From the NCBI GenBank assembly GCA_965204535.1, contig CBDBEV010000001.1, positions 1,888,001 to 1,952,000 on the forward strand: DNA of 64,000 nt, given 5' to 3'. This document shows positions 56,448-64,000 of this stretch, piece by piece. Position 1 is the first letter of the stretch; each line of letters opens with the position of its first letter. The translations under genes were made by a program, and so were the position numbers. Source of the stretch: a bacterium. Lineage in GTDB: Bacteria > UBA8248. The notes beneath the pieces were generated by a model. The model searched no databases. It saw nothing but the letters and a program-made list of their open reading frames with translations, and was not told where the DNA came from.

Positions 56448-57344
56448 TCACGGGTCAATCCTCGACGGCAGGCCTCCCATCTCGCGCAGCACCTCGTAGA
56501 AGGCGACGGTGTCCTCTTCCGCGTAGCCCCGCTCGTAGGTCATCTGCAGGACCTGCGACCAGATGTTCGTGAACAGCATGGGCGAGCCGTGGAGCCGGCC
56601 CTGCTCCAGCATGAGGCGCGAATCCTTGAGGGAGGTCTTCACCTGGCCCTGCTTCGAGTAATCCGCGTGAATCATCTTGGGGCCCTTGTCTATCATCGTC
56701 TTGGAGGAACAGGCGCCGTCTTTCAGCACCTCCAGAAGGGCCTCCATCTCGAGGCCCACCTTCGTGCCGAGCATCAGCCCCTCGGCCAGGGCGAGCCGGT
56801 TGCCCGCCAGGATCATGTTGATGACGAGCTTCGTCCGCGCGCCCGAGCCCACCGGCCCCATGTGGTAGGCCGCCCGGCTGAAGCCGGCGAAAACGGGGCG
56901 GCAGGCGTCGAAATCCTCCGCCTCCCCGCCCGCGATGACCACCAGATCCTTCGCCACCGCCATCGTGCTCGTCCCGCTCACGGCGGAATCGAGGAAGCGG
57001 ACCCCCCGCTCGGCCAGATCACTTGCCAGGCGAACCGAATCCTCGGGACGCGAGGTCGTCGTGTCGAGCAGGTAGAGGCCCTCTTTCGCGCCCTCGGCGA
57101 CCCCGCCCGGGCCGAAGGTGGCCTCCCGCGCGACGTCGCTGGTGGGCAGGGAGGTGATCACGAAATTCACGCCACCGGCGGCTGCCGCGGGTGAGTCGAC
57201 GGGATGGCCGCCTTGTTCGCTCAAGTCGTCCATGCGCTTAGGGTCCACGTCGAAGCCCTGCACCTCGAAGCCCGTCTCCCGCATGTTCTTGATGAACGCC
57301 TGGCCCATCAGCCCCATGCCCACGATACCCACGCGTTGCGACAT
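56448..57344 (-). CDS. NAD(P)-dependent beta-hydroxyacid dehydrogenase family protein
   Basis: VGMGLMG, LDSAVSG, GSGARTKLVIN, KDSRL. Confidence 0.9.
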   Translation of the reverse strand: MSQRVGIVGMGLMGQAFIKNMRETGFEVQGFDVDPKRMDDLSEQGGHPVDSPAAAAGGVNFVITSLPTSDVAREATFGPGGVAEGAKEGLYLLDTTTSRPEDSVRLASDLAERGVRFLDSAVSGTSTMAVAKDLVVIAGGEAEDFDACRPVFAGFSRAAYHMGPVGSGARTKLVINMILAGNRLALAEGLMLGTKVGLEMEALLEVLKDGACSSKTMIDKGPKMIHADYSKQGQVKTSLKDSRLMLEQGRLHGSPMLFTNIWSQVLQMTYERGYAEEDTVAFYEVLREMGGLPSRIDP

Positions 57345-57498
57345 TCTCGTTTCTCCTTTGGTGGCGATGAATTTTGTTTCGTTTTATGGCTTTCTCATCC
57401 CGAGGACAAGCGCCCTGGGGAACGGTTCGGAATCTTGCGGCGCGCCTTACCCAATGACGGTGCTTTCGGAACCACGCCTGCCGTTGTATTCTTTTCCC

Positions 57499-57595
57499 GG
57501 GAGCGCATCGGTGCTGGTGTGCCGCCTGGACTTCAAATCCAGTGGACGGGGCTAATCACTTCGTCGGTGGGTTCGACTCCCACGCGTTCCCGCCA
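57499..57595 (+). tRNA. selC: tRNA-Sec(TCA)
   Basis: 8-bp acceptor stem GGGAGCGC/GCGTTCCC, 6-bp D stem with TGGT loop, CTGGA-CT-TCA-AA-TCCAG, long variable arm, 5-bp T stem, GCCA end. Confidence 0.97.
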
Positions 57596-57611
57596 TTTTA
57601 CACCCGAAACA

Positions 57612-58355
57612 TCACACGATGGTCAAACCGCCGTCGAGCACCAGAACCTGGCCCGTCATGTAGGACGAACGCGGCGTCACCAGGTACTCCATCGCGTCGA
57701 GCACCTCATCCACCCGGCCGAACCTGCCCATGGGGGATTTCCGGTAGCGCTCCGCCAGGTTCCCGGGGTCGCCGTCTCCCTGGGATTCCCTGAGTTTCGT
57801 GAGCACCGGACCCGCCGCGATGGCGTTCACGCGGATGTTCGAATCCGCCAACTCCACGGCCAGTGCGCGCGTGAGGCCCTCGACGCCTCCCTTGACGGCG
57901 ACGTAGACCACGCGCTCCTTGGCCGGCGTTCGCGCGTAAAAGCTCGACATGTTGACGATGGCGCCGCCGCCCCGTTTTTTCATCTCCGCCGCCGCGCGCT
58001 TCGCGCACAGGATGCCGCCCTTGAGGCCCACGCCCAGCGCCAAGTCGACCGTGGCCTCCTCGATCTCCGCCAGGGGGCCGTTCCCCCGGATGACGGCGCA
58101 GTTGATGAGAACGTCCACGCCGCCGAATCTCTTCACTACAGCGTCGAAGGCATCCTCCACACCCTTCTCATTCGAGATGTCCGCACATACGCCGAGGATG
58201 GCGCCATCCGCTTCGGTTTCGAGCCTGCGCAGGCCGTCTTCTTCCACGTCCAGGGCCGCCACTTTCGCGCCCATGCCCGAAAAACGGCGCGCGGCGTCCG
58301 CGCCGATTCCTCGCGCCGCGCCCGTGATGACGAAAATTTTTCCGCTCAATTCCAC
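57612..58355 (-). CDS. SDR family oxidoreductase
   Basis: TGAARGIG, NMSS, YVAVKGG, DGG. Confidence 0.9.
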   Translation of the reverse strand: MELSGKIFVITGAARGIGADAARRFSGMGAKVAALDVEEDGLRRLETEADGAILGVCADISNEKGVEDAFDAVVKRFGGVDVLINCAVIRGNGPLAEIEEATVDLALGVGLKGGILCAKRAAAEMKKRGGGAIVNMSSFYARTPAKERVVYVAVKGGVEGLTRALAVELADSNIRVNAIAAGPVLTKLRESQGDGDPGNLAERYRKSPMGRFGRVDEVLDAMEYLVTPRSSYMTGQVLVLDGGLTIV

Positions 58356-58401
58356 GGTGCTCTTCCCGCACTTCGGTTAAATGGAGGGACAAGCCAAGTA
58401 T

Positions 58402-59412
58402 TCAAAACGAGATAACCCCCTCGCCCCGGAGGATCTCAATCCGCGTCCCCAGCTTCTTGGAGAGCGATTCAAGAGTGCCCAGGATTTCCGCCGATTTCGA
58501 CTCCTCCTCGCCGAGTAGCCGGGGGCTGCCGTCCTTTTCGATCAACACGGGTGATATCGCCACCCGACTGAGCGCTCCGCCTCTGAGAGTCAACTCCAGG
58601 CAAATCGTCTCGCGCGCGGAGGGCAGGAACATCGGGTGGTCGTGATCCAGGACGAAGTTGCCCAAGGCGTAAAAAACGGGCCGCCCGCGATACACCTCGA
58701 CCCCCTGCACGATATGGGGATGATGGCCGACGACGATGTCCACACCCGCCTCGACCGCCGCATGCGCCGCCGCCTGCTGGGAAAGCGTGAGCGTGCGGCT
58801 CTGGCTCGCGCCCCAGTGGAACGAGGCCAGAAGGAAATCGACCCTCGGCCGCGCGCGCTCGACGTCGGCGATCATCGCCTCCAAATCCTCCTCGTTGAGG
58901 TAGGGAGGGCCATAGAGCGCATCCTGCCGGATGGGCGCGACGCCGGGCTTTGAAGGGCCTGCCCCCCAGCTCAGGGGGAGTTCCAGCACGTAGGACAAGA
59001 ACCCGTATCGCACGCCCCCTCGCTCGATGACGGCGGGCGTTCGCGCTTCCTGGATGTTCCGGCCCGCGCCCGAATATGCGATTCCGTTACGCTCAAGCAG
59101 TTCCATCGTCTCGACGAACGGTTCGACCCCGTAGTCCATGCAATGGTTGCTGGCGAACGCCAATACGTCGAAGCCGCCTTCGAGATATCCCTGAACCATC
59201 ACCGGGTCATGGCGCATTACGATCTTCCCGCTCGCGGGCGCGCCCAGCCGGGACATCGAGGCTTCCAGACCGCCGAAGCGCAGATCGGCCGCTTCCAGAT
59301 ACGAGGCGACCTTCGAGAAAGTACTCCGGGGTTCTGCGCGGTCGATCTCCATGTCGCCTACAACGACGAGTGTGGATTCTTTATCCTGAACGTCTCCGGC
59401 TTCACCCGGCAA
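58402..59412 (-). CDS. CapA/PGA_cap family metallophosphoesterase-fold protein
   Basis: VGD, SNHCMDYG, FHWG, GHHPH, YALGNF. Confidence 0.88.
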   Translation of the reverse strand: MPGEAGDVQDKESTLVVVGDMEIDRAEPRSTFSKVASYLEAADLRFGGLEASMSRLGAPASGKIVMRHDPVMVQGYLEGGFDVLAFASNHCMDYGVEPFVETMELLERNGIAYSGAGRNIQEARTPAVIERGGVRYGFLSYVLELPLSWGAGPSKPGVAPIRQDALYGPPYLNEEDLEAMIADVERARPRVDFLLASFHWGASQSRTLTLSQQAAAHAAVEAGVDIVVGHHPHIVQGVEVYRGRPVFYALGNFVLDHDHPMFLPSARETICLELTLRGGALSRVAISPVLIEKDGSPRLLGEEESKSAEILGTLESLSKKLGTRIEILRGEGVISF

Positions 59413-59477
59413 GACTCACCTCCATTCCCGAAACAACATGCGTTTCGCCCCTCATTCAAAAGGGCGAATGCGATGTC

Positions 59478-60389
59478 CTATTTCTTGTTTTCCCGCTCCA
59501 GGTAGGAGAGATACACGGCCGCACTGTCCAGTTCTCCATTGCCTGCGCGCGCGCCTTCCCTGTACAGCGGCGCGCATGCGTTGCCTACCGGCGTCACGGC
59601 GCCGTATCTCCTGGCCAGTCTGAGACCAAGCCCGATGTCCTTCCGGATGACGTTCAGGGTGCTCCGGGGACGGCGATACCGGCCCCGCACCATGATGCCG
59701 CCGTGGCCATGGAACCCACTCGAGTCGCCCGCGCGGCTTCTCTTGAGCGTATCGAACAAAAAATCTTTCCCGAATCCGCTGCGCATTCCCAGCCGGAGGC
59801 CTTCGGCGATGACGCAGCGCCCCATGGAGGTCATGTAGTTCACGACCACTTTCATCTTGGCCCCGGAACCCGACGGCCCGCAGTAAACCTGATCGGATAG
59901 CATTGTCTCCAGAAGCGGCGCCACCTTGTCGTAGGCTTTCCTGTTCCCGCCCACGAGAAACAAGCCTTCCCGATTCGCCACATGGTCGCTGTTGCCGCTC
60001 ACGCTGGCGTCCAGGTAGGGAATCCCCCTCTCCCGGCAAAGTCCAGCGTGTTTTTTCGAATCCTCCGGATCCGAAGTCGTCGTGTCGAGTATGACATCAG
60101 GCGCGGATTCGGGTGCGCAGGCCAGATAACCGTTTTTCCCACGTGCGGTCTGAAGGGATATCTTCGAATTGGGAACGGAGATGAATACCACCTCGGCTGC
60201 TTCGGCCACGTCCCGGGGCGATTCGAGGGCCTCTCCCCCCAGGCGCCTGAATTTCCGCACCGCCCCCGCCTGCACGTCAGTCCCTACGAGGCGATGACCG
60301 TCTGCAATGAGATTTTTGGAAAACGCCTGTCCCATAAGGCCCAGTCCGATGAAACCGATGGTTATTTTCGTGTTCTTCTTTTTGGGCAT
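59478..60389 (-). CDS. NAD(P)-dependent beta-hydroxyacid dehydrogenase family protein
   Basis: IGLGLMG, LDASVSG, GSGAKMKVVVN, KDIGL. Confidence 0.88.
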   Translation of the reverse strand: MPKKKNTKITIGFIGLGLMGQAFSKNLIADGHRLVGTDVQAGAVRKFRRLGGEALESPRDVAEAAEVVFISVPNSKISLQTARGKNGYLACAPESAPDVILDTTTSDPEDSKKHAGLCRERGIPYLDASVSGNSDHVANREGLFLVGGNRKAYDKVAPLLETMLSDQVYCGPSGSGAKMKVVVNYMTSMGRCVIAEGLRLGMRSGFGKDFLFDTLKRSRAGDSSGFHGHGGIMVRGRYRRPRSTLNVIRKDIGLGLRLARRYGAVTPVGNACAPLYREGARAGNGELDSAAVYLSYLERENKK

Positions 60390-60446
60390 CTTGCCCCTCC
60401 CATTCAGTGATAATTTTGAAAAGTGCGAAGCAGGAGACGCGAGGGG

Positions 60447-61190
60447 CTACTCGCTCACGAGTTCCACTCTGTATCGGTGCTGGTCTCCGCGGTAATATAT
60501 CTGGGAGAATTCGACGGGTTCCCCGCTTTTGCTGTAGACGAAGGTTTCCACATACAAAACCGGCGCCAGGACGCCGATGGAAAGATGGTCGGCGACGTCG
60601 CTATCGGCGATGCGCGCTTCGAACGTCTGTTGAATCTTGCCCAGCGGGATATTCAGCCGACTCTTCAGGATGTGGAGCATGCTGCGGGTGCGGATATCTT
60701 CTTGCGGAATGTCTTCCGCGAGTTTTTGAGGCAGATAATTCATCACGTAGCAAAGGGGCGTTTCCTCCGCCATCCTCAAACGCTGAACCCTGGCCAACTT
60801 CTCCCCGTCGCCCAAGCCGAAGAATTTCTGAAGCCGGGCCGAAGCGTCTACCTCCTCCGTCGATATGACCCGCATGTCCTCACCGCCCGCGTCCTCCGCC
60901 CAGACGAGGCCGGTAAGTTGAATCATCTTCGATTTCACGCCCCCGTGGTTCACGAACGTGCCCTTACGTCGCTCGCGCGTCAGGAGCCCTTCTTTCTCCA
61001 GTATGGCGAGGGCTTGCCGCAGGGTGACCCGGCTGACGCCGAAATGCTTGGAAAGGTCCAGCTCCTTCGGGAGTTTCATGCCCGCGAACAGTTCTCCGCT
61101 TTCAATTTTGCCGCGCAGGTGATTCGCGATTTGGTAGTAGTAAGGGATGAACTCGTTCGAAAACGGTTTTTCGGCGATCAGTTCCCGCAT
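60447..61190 (-). CDS. GntR/HutC family regulator with UTRA domain
   Basis: YYQIA, KLPKELDL, VSRVTLRQAL, KGTFV, PVEFS..YRGD. Confidence 0.92.
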   Translation of the reverse strand: MRELIAEKPFSNEFIPYYYQIANHLRGKIESGELFAGMKLPKELDLSKHFGVSRVTLRQALAILEKEGLLTRERRKGTFVNHGGVKSKMIQLTGLVWAEDAGGEDMRVISTEEVDASARLQKFFGLGDGEKLARVQRLRMAEETPLCYVMNYLPQKLAEDIPQEDIRTRSMLHILKSRLNIPLGKIQQTFEARIADSDVADHLSIGVLAPVLYVETFVYSKSGEPVEFSQIYYRGDQHRYRVELVSE

Positions 61191-61313
61191 TCTCTCCTCG
61201 CTTTCACGTCCTCATAAACCAACGGGCTTCGGGCCTCAAGCAAGGCGCAAGTTTCACATATCGCAACATTGTTGAAAATGGTCATCTTCGAGAAAATTAC
61301 ACTTGCGGTTTCC

Positions 61314-61337
61314 AATGGTATTAAATATAATACCATT
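61314..61337. promoter_or_regulatory. Palindromic operator in the divergent GntR/SDR promoter
   Basis: AATGGTATTA-AATA-TAATACCATT with perfect 10-bp arms, overlapping a TATAAT box. Confidence 0.65.
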
Positions 61338-61443
61338 ATTCAAGGTTTAATTGCTCATCTTGTTCAAGGCACCAGAGGCGAGAATTGTTTTCGTTGGTAG
61401 CGGGAATACATATTTCTTCGTTCACGCTTTGGGTGAGTTCCGT

Positions 61444-62196
61444 ATGAAACTCGAAGGACGCGCCGCGCTGGTCACAGGCGCAACGCGCGGCATCGGCAAA
61501 GCCATCGCCAACGCATTGGCGCGAGAGGGCGCTTCAGTCGCCGTGCACTACCACGCTGGCGAGGAGGCGGCGCAGGAGGCGGCGAAAACGATTCGAGAAG
61601 CAGGAGGAAGCGCTTTCTGCGTTCAGGCCGACGTGAGCCGGCATGACGAGGTGAAGCGCATGTTCGGGGAATGCGAGAAGCAGATGGGCGGCGTGGACAT
61701 ACTCGTCAATAACGCGAGGCAACTGGTGAAGGGCAGAGCCTTTCTGGAGATGAACTGGGAGGAGGACTACGAGCCCCAGATTCAGGTGATGCTCAAGGGT
61801 GCTTTCCATTGCTGCCAGGCGGCGCTGCCGGGCATGCGCGAAAAGGGTTGGGGCCGCATCGTCAACGTCTTGTCCACCGTGCTGGGCGAGAAGCGCGCAC
61901 GCACGAATTCCTACGGGGCCGTCAAGTCCGCCCTGCTCTATTTTTCGCAAAACCTGGCCGTGGAAATGGGTCCCTACGGGGTCACGGTCAACATGGTCTC
62001 GCCGGGCCTCACCGAAACGGAGCGGCCCATCCTCCATGCGGAGGATTACCAACGGGAATACATCGACGCCATCCCGATGAAGCGCCTCGGGCGCTCTGAG
62101 GATGTCGGGGGCGCCGTGGTGTTTTTTTGCAGCGATGAGGCCGCTTATGTGACGGGCGTGAACATGGCCGTCTCGGGCGGTAAAGTAATCTTTTAA
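61444..62196 (+). CDS. SDR family oxidoreductase (FabG-like)
   Basis: TGATRGIG, LVNNA, YGAVK. Confidence 0.9.
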   Translation: MKLEGRAALVTGATRGIGKAIANALAREGASVAVHYHAGEEAAQEAAKTIREAGGSAFCVQADVSRHDEVKRMFGECEKQMGGVDILVNNARQLVKGRAFLEMNWEEDYEPQIQVMLKGAFHCCQAALPGMREKGWGRIVNVLSTVLGEKRARTNSYGAVKSALLYFSQNLAVEMGPYGVTVNMVSPGLTETERPILHAEDYQREYIDAIPMKRLGRSEDVGGAVVFFCSDEAAYVTGVNMAVSGGKVIF

Positions 62197-62223
62197 CGGT
62201 ACGCAATACGAAGGAGAGAAAAG

Positions 62224-63366
62224 TTGGGATTTTCGACCAAAGAGCGTGACCGCCGCCACGCGAATCTAAGAGAGGAAATGGAGCGCGAGGGTCTGGACGT
62301 TCTCGTCGTCTACGGCAACAGCGGCCGCCAGGGGCCGCGCACGGGCAACCTGGCCTACGTCAGCAATTTCATCTCATTCTCCGGCCAGCAGATGCTGGTT
62401 TTCCCCCGTGAGGGAGAACCCGTGCTGTTCGTGGGGGTGGAGAACCAGCGAATCGAATCCCTGCGAAACGGCTGGATTTCCGACACCCGCTGCGAGGCCA
62501 TGACGCCCGTTCCGAAGCAGGCATGCAACCATCTGAACGAGATCACCACTTCCAGTTCCAGAATCGGTATCTCCTCGCTCGCCCTCATTCCCGTCGCCTG
62601 GCACCAGCAGCTTCAGGATCAGGTGAGCGCGGAAGAATGGGTGGAAGCGGGAGAACTCGTCTGGAAGCTGCGCCTCGTTCAAAGCGAAGAGGAAGTCGAA
62701 ATGTCGCGCCACGCGGCACGGCTTGGTGACAAGGTGTGGGATCACCTCTGCGGTTTCATACGTGAAGGAGTAACGGAACTCGACATGCGCGCCGAGATGG
62801 ACCGGGTGATCATCCCCGAAGGGGGAGTTGAGAACTTCAACATGATGGGCCTGGCGAGCATGGCTGACGGCGGCGAAGCGCCCTGGGGCTACGTGATTCC
62901 CCAGACAGATCGGCCCATCAAGCAGGGCGACGCCGTCTTGCTGGAAATCTCCCCGCGCGTTCGCGGGTACTGGAACCAGATCGTGCGGGTTCTGGCGCTG
63001 GGCGAGGCGGAAAAGTGGCTGGTCGACGCCCACCAGGTGGTGCGCGAGGCGCGCGACGCCTCGCTGGAGCACATGAAGCCGGGAGAGCCGATGGTCGGCA
63101 TGGTCACGGCGATGAACGACGTTTTCGAAAAACACGGCTACGAGGTATGGCCCTACGGCCTGGTGCACCTCACGGGCTTGGACCTCACGGATTACATGAT
63201 CACGCCGGTATCCGAGGGAGAACTGCAGCCCGGAATGGTGGTGACGACGCATCCCATGTTCAACCTGGGACCCAACCGCCAGATTTTCTGGGGTGAAACC
63301 TATCTGGTCACGGACGATGGCTATGAACCGCTAAACACAAGTACGGATGAATTGGTTTGTCTTTGA
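62224..63366 (+). CDS. M24 / creatinase-aminopeptidase P family hydrolase
   Basis: Creatinase-type N-domain and pita-bread fold (GYW..IVR, HLTGLD, LQPGMVVTTHP, GETYLVT); metal ligands partly atypical. Confidence 0.82.
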   Translation: MGFSTKERDRRHANLREEMEREGLDVLVVYGNSGRQGPRTGNLAYVSNFISFSGQQMLVFPREGEPVLFVGVENQRIESLRNGWISDTRCEAMTPVPKQACNHLNEITTSSSRIGISSLALIPVAWHQQLQDQVSAEEWVEAGELVWKLRLVQSEEEVEMSRHAARLGDKVWDHLCGFIREGVTELDMRAEMDRVIIPEGGVENFNMMGLASMADGGEAPWGYVIPQTDRPIKQGDAVLLEISPRVRGYWNQIVRVLALGEAEKWLVDAHQVVREARDASLEHMKPGEPMVGMVTAMNDVFEKHGYEVWPYGLVHLTGLDLTDYMITPVSEGELQPGMVVTTHPMFNLGPNRQIFWGETYLVTDDGYEPLNTSTDELVCL

Positions 63367-63404
63367 CGGCTTGTTTGATTCTTACCTAAGAGGAGGAACA
63401 AGAG

Positions 63405-64000
63405 ATGAAAAGGCTTTGGCTCTGGATGGTTGTTCTATCGCTGTTGCTGTTCCCCGTGGGAGTGAAGGCGGCGCCCAAGGGGAAGGTGGTGCTGGGTATG
63501 GCCGGCGCGCTGACGACGTTCGATCCGCACACCTTCAGTTCCCTGCCGATTTCGATGCACCATCCGAATGTTTTCGAGACGCTGCTCGCGCGCGCGCCCG
63601 ACGGCTCCATGACGAACCAGCTCGCCGAGAGCTACAAGATGGTGGAGCCTACGGTTTGGGAGTTCAAGCTCAGGAAGGGCGTGAAGTTCAGCAATGGCGA
63701 CCCCGTGAACGCGGCGGCCGTCAAGTTCAGCTTCGAGCGGATTCTCGACCCCAAGATGAAATCAAGGCAGTACCGCTACTTCAAGAGTATGGCGAAACTG
63801 GAAGTGGTCGATGAGCATACGGTCCGGATTCACACGAAAAAACCCGACCCCATGCTCCCGCCGTTCCTGGCGATCTACGGCTTCATCGTGCCGCCCGACT
63901 ACTACAAGAAACACGACAAGAAACACCTCTCGCGCAATCCCGTGGGCAGCGGGCCCTTCGTGATGAAGAAATGGCGCAAGGGACAGGAAGTCGTCTACGA
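63405..64000 (+). CDS. Family 5 ABC substrate-binding protein (DppA/OppA-like), partial
   Basis: GAGGAGG RBS, signal peptide, TFDPH, VFETLL, WEFKLRKGVKFSNG, PVGSGPF; runs off the window end. Confidence 0.9.
   Translation, partial: MKRLWLWMVVLSLLLFPVGVKAAPKGKVVLGMAGALTTFDPHTFSSLPISMHHPNVFETLLARAPDGSMTNQLAESYKMVEPTVWEFKLRKGVKFSNGDPVNAAAVKFSFERILDPKMKSRQYRYFKSMAKLEVVDEHTVRIHTKKPDPMLPPFLAIYGFIVPPDYYKKHDKKHLSRNPVGSGPFVMKKWRKGQEVVY

Overview
GC-rich bacterial chromosomal window. Housekeeping blocks: the 3' part of an isc Fe-S operon (iscU end, iscA, hscB, hscA, fdx, iscX), rsmI, two PPIases, fhs, kbl, ffs-dnaX-ybaB-recR, tRNA-Ser(GCT), tRNA-Ser(TGA) and tRNA-Sec. These are mixed with catabolic and transport genes (CoA-transferases, LLM oxidoreductase, ABC transporters, MmgE/PrpD, cupins, SDRs) and lower-GC accessory or defence inserts (AbiEi/AbiEii, a candidate HEPN protein, an AlbA_2/HATPase protein, Fic, an orphan HigA, an AAA ATPase, type III R-M). 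The main hidden feature is a two-gene operon at 35729-36764 (minus strand) that the ORF track breaks at stop codons. Both genes, an OsmC/Ohr-like protein and a DUF442/Blh-like sulfurtransferase-phosphatase fold protein, have an in-frame TGA at the catalytic Cys position followed by a SECIS-like hairpin, and selC lies in the same window, so they are probably tandem selenoproteins. Also notable: an IS1182 element and MITE-like derivatives that insert into palindromic repeats and build nested repeat clusters; an integrase-free AbiE cassette flanked by a 56-bp duplication that recodes the 3' end of an MFS gene; and a probably long-form SRP RNA. All family assignments come from motif recognition by eye. 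No database searches were run.
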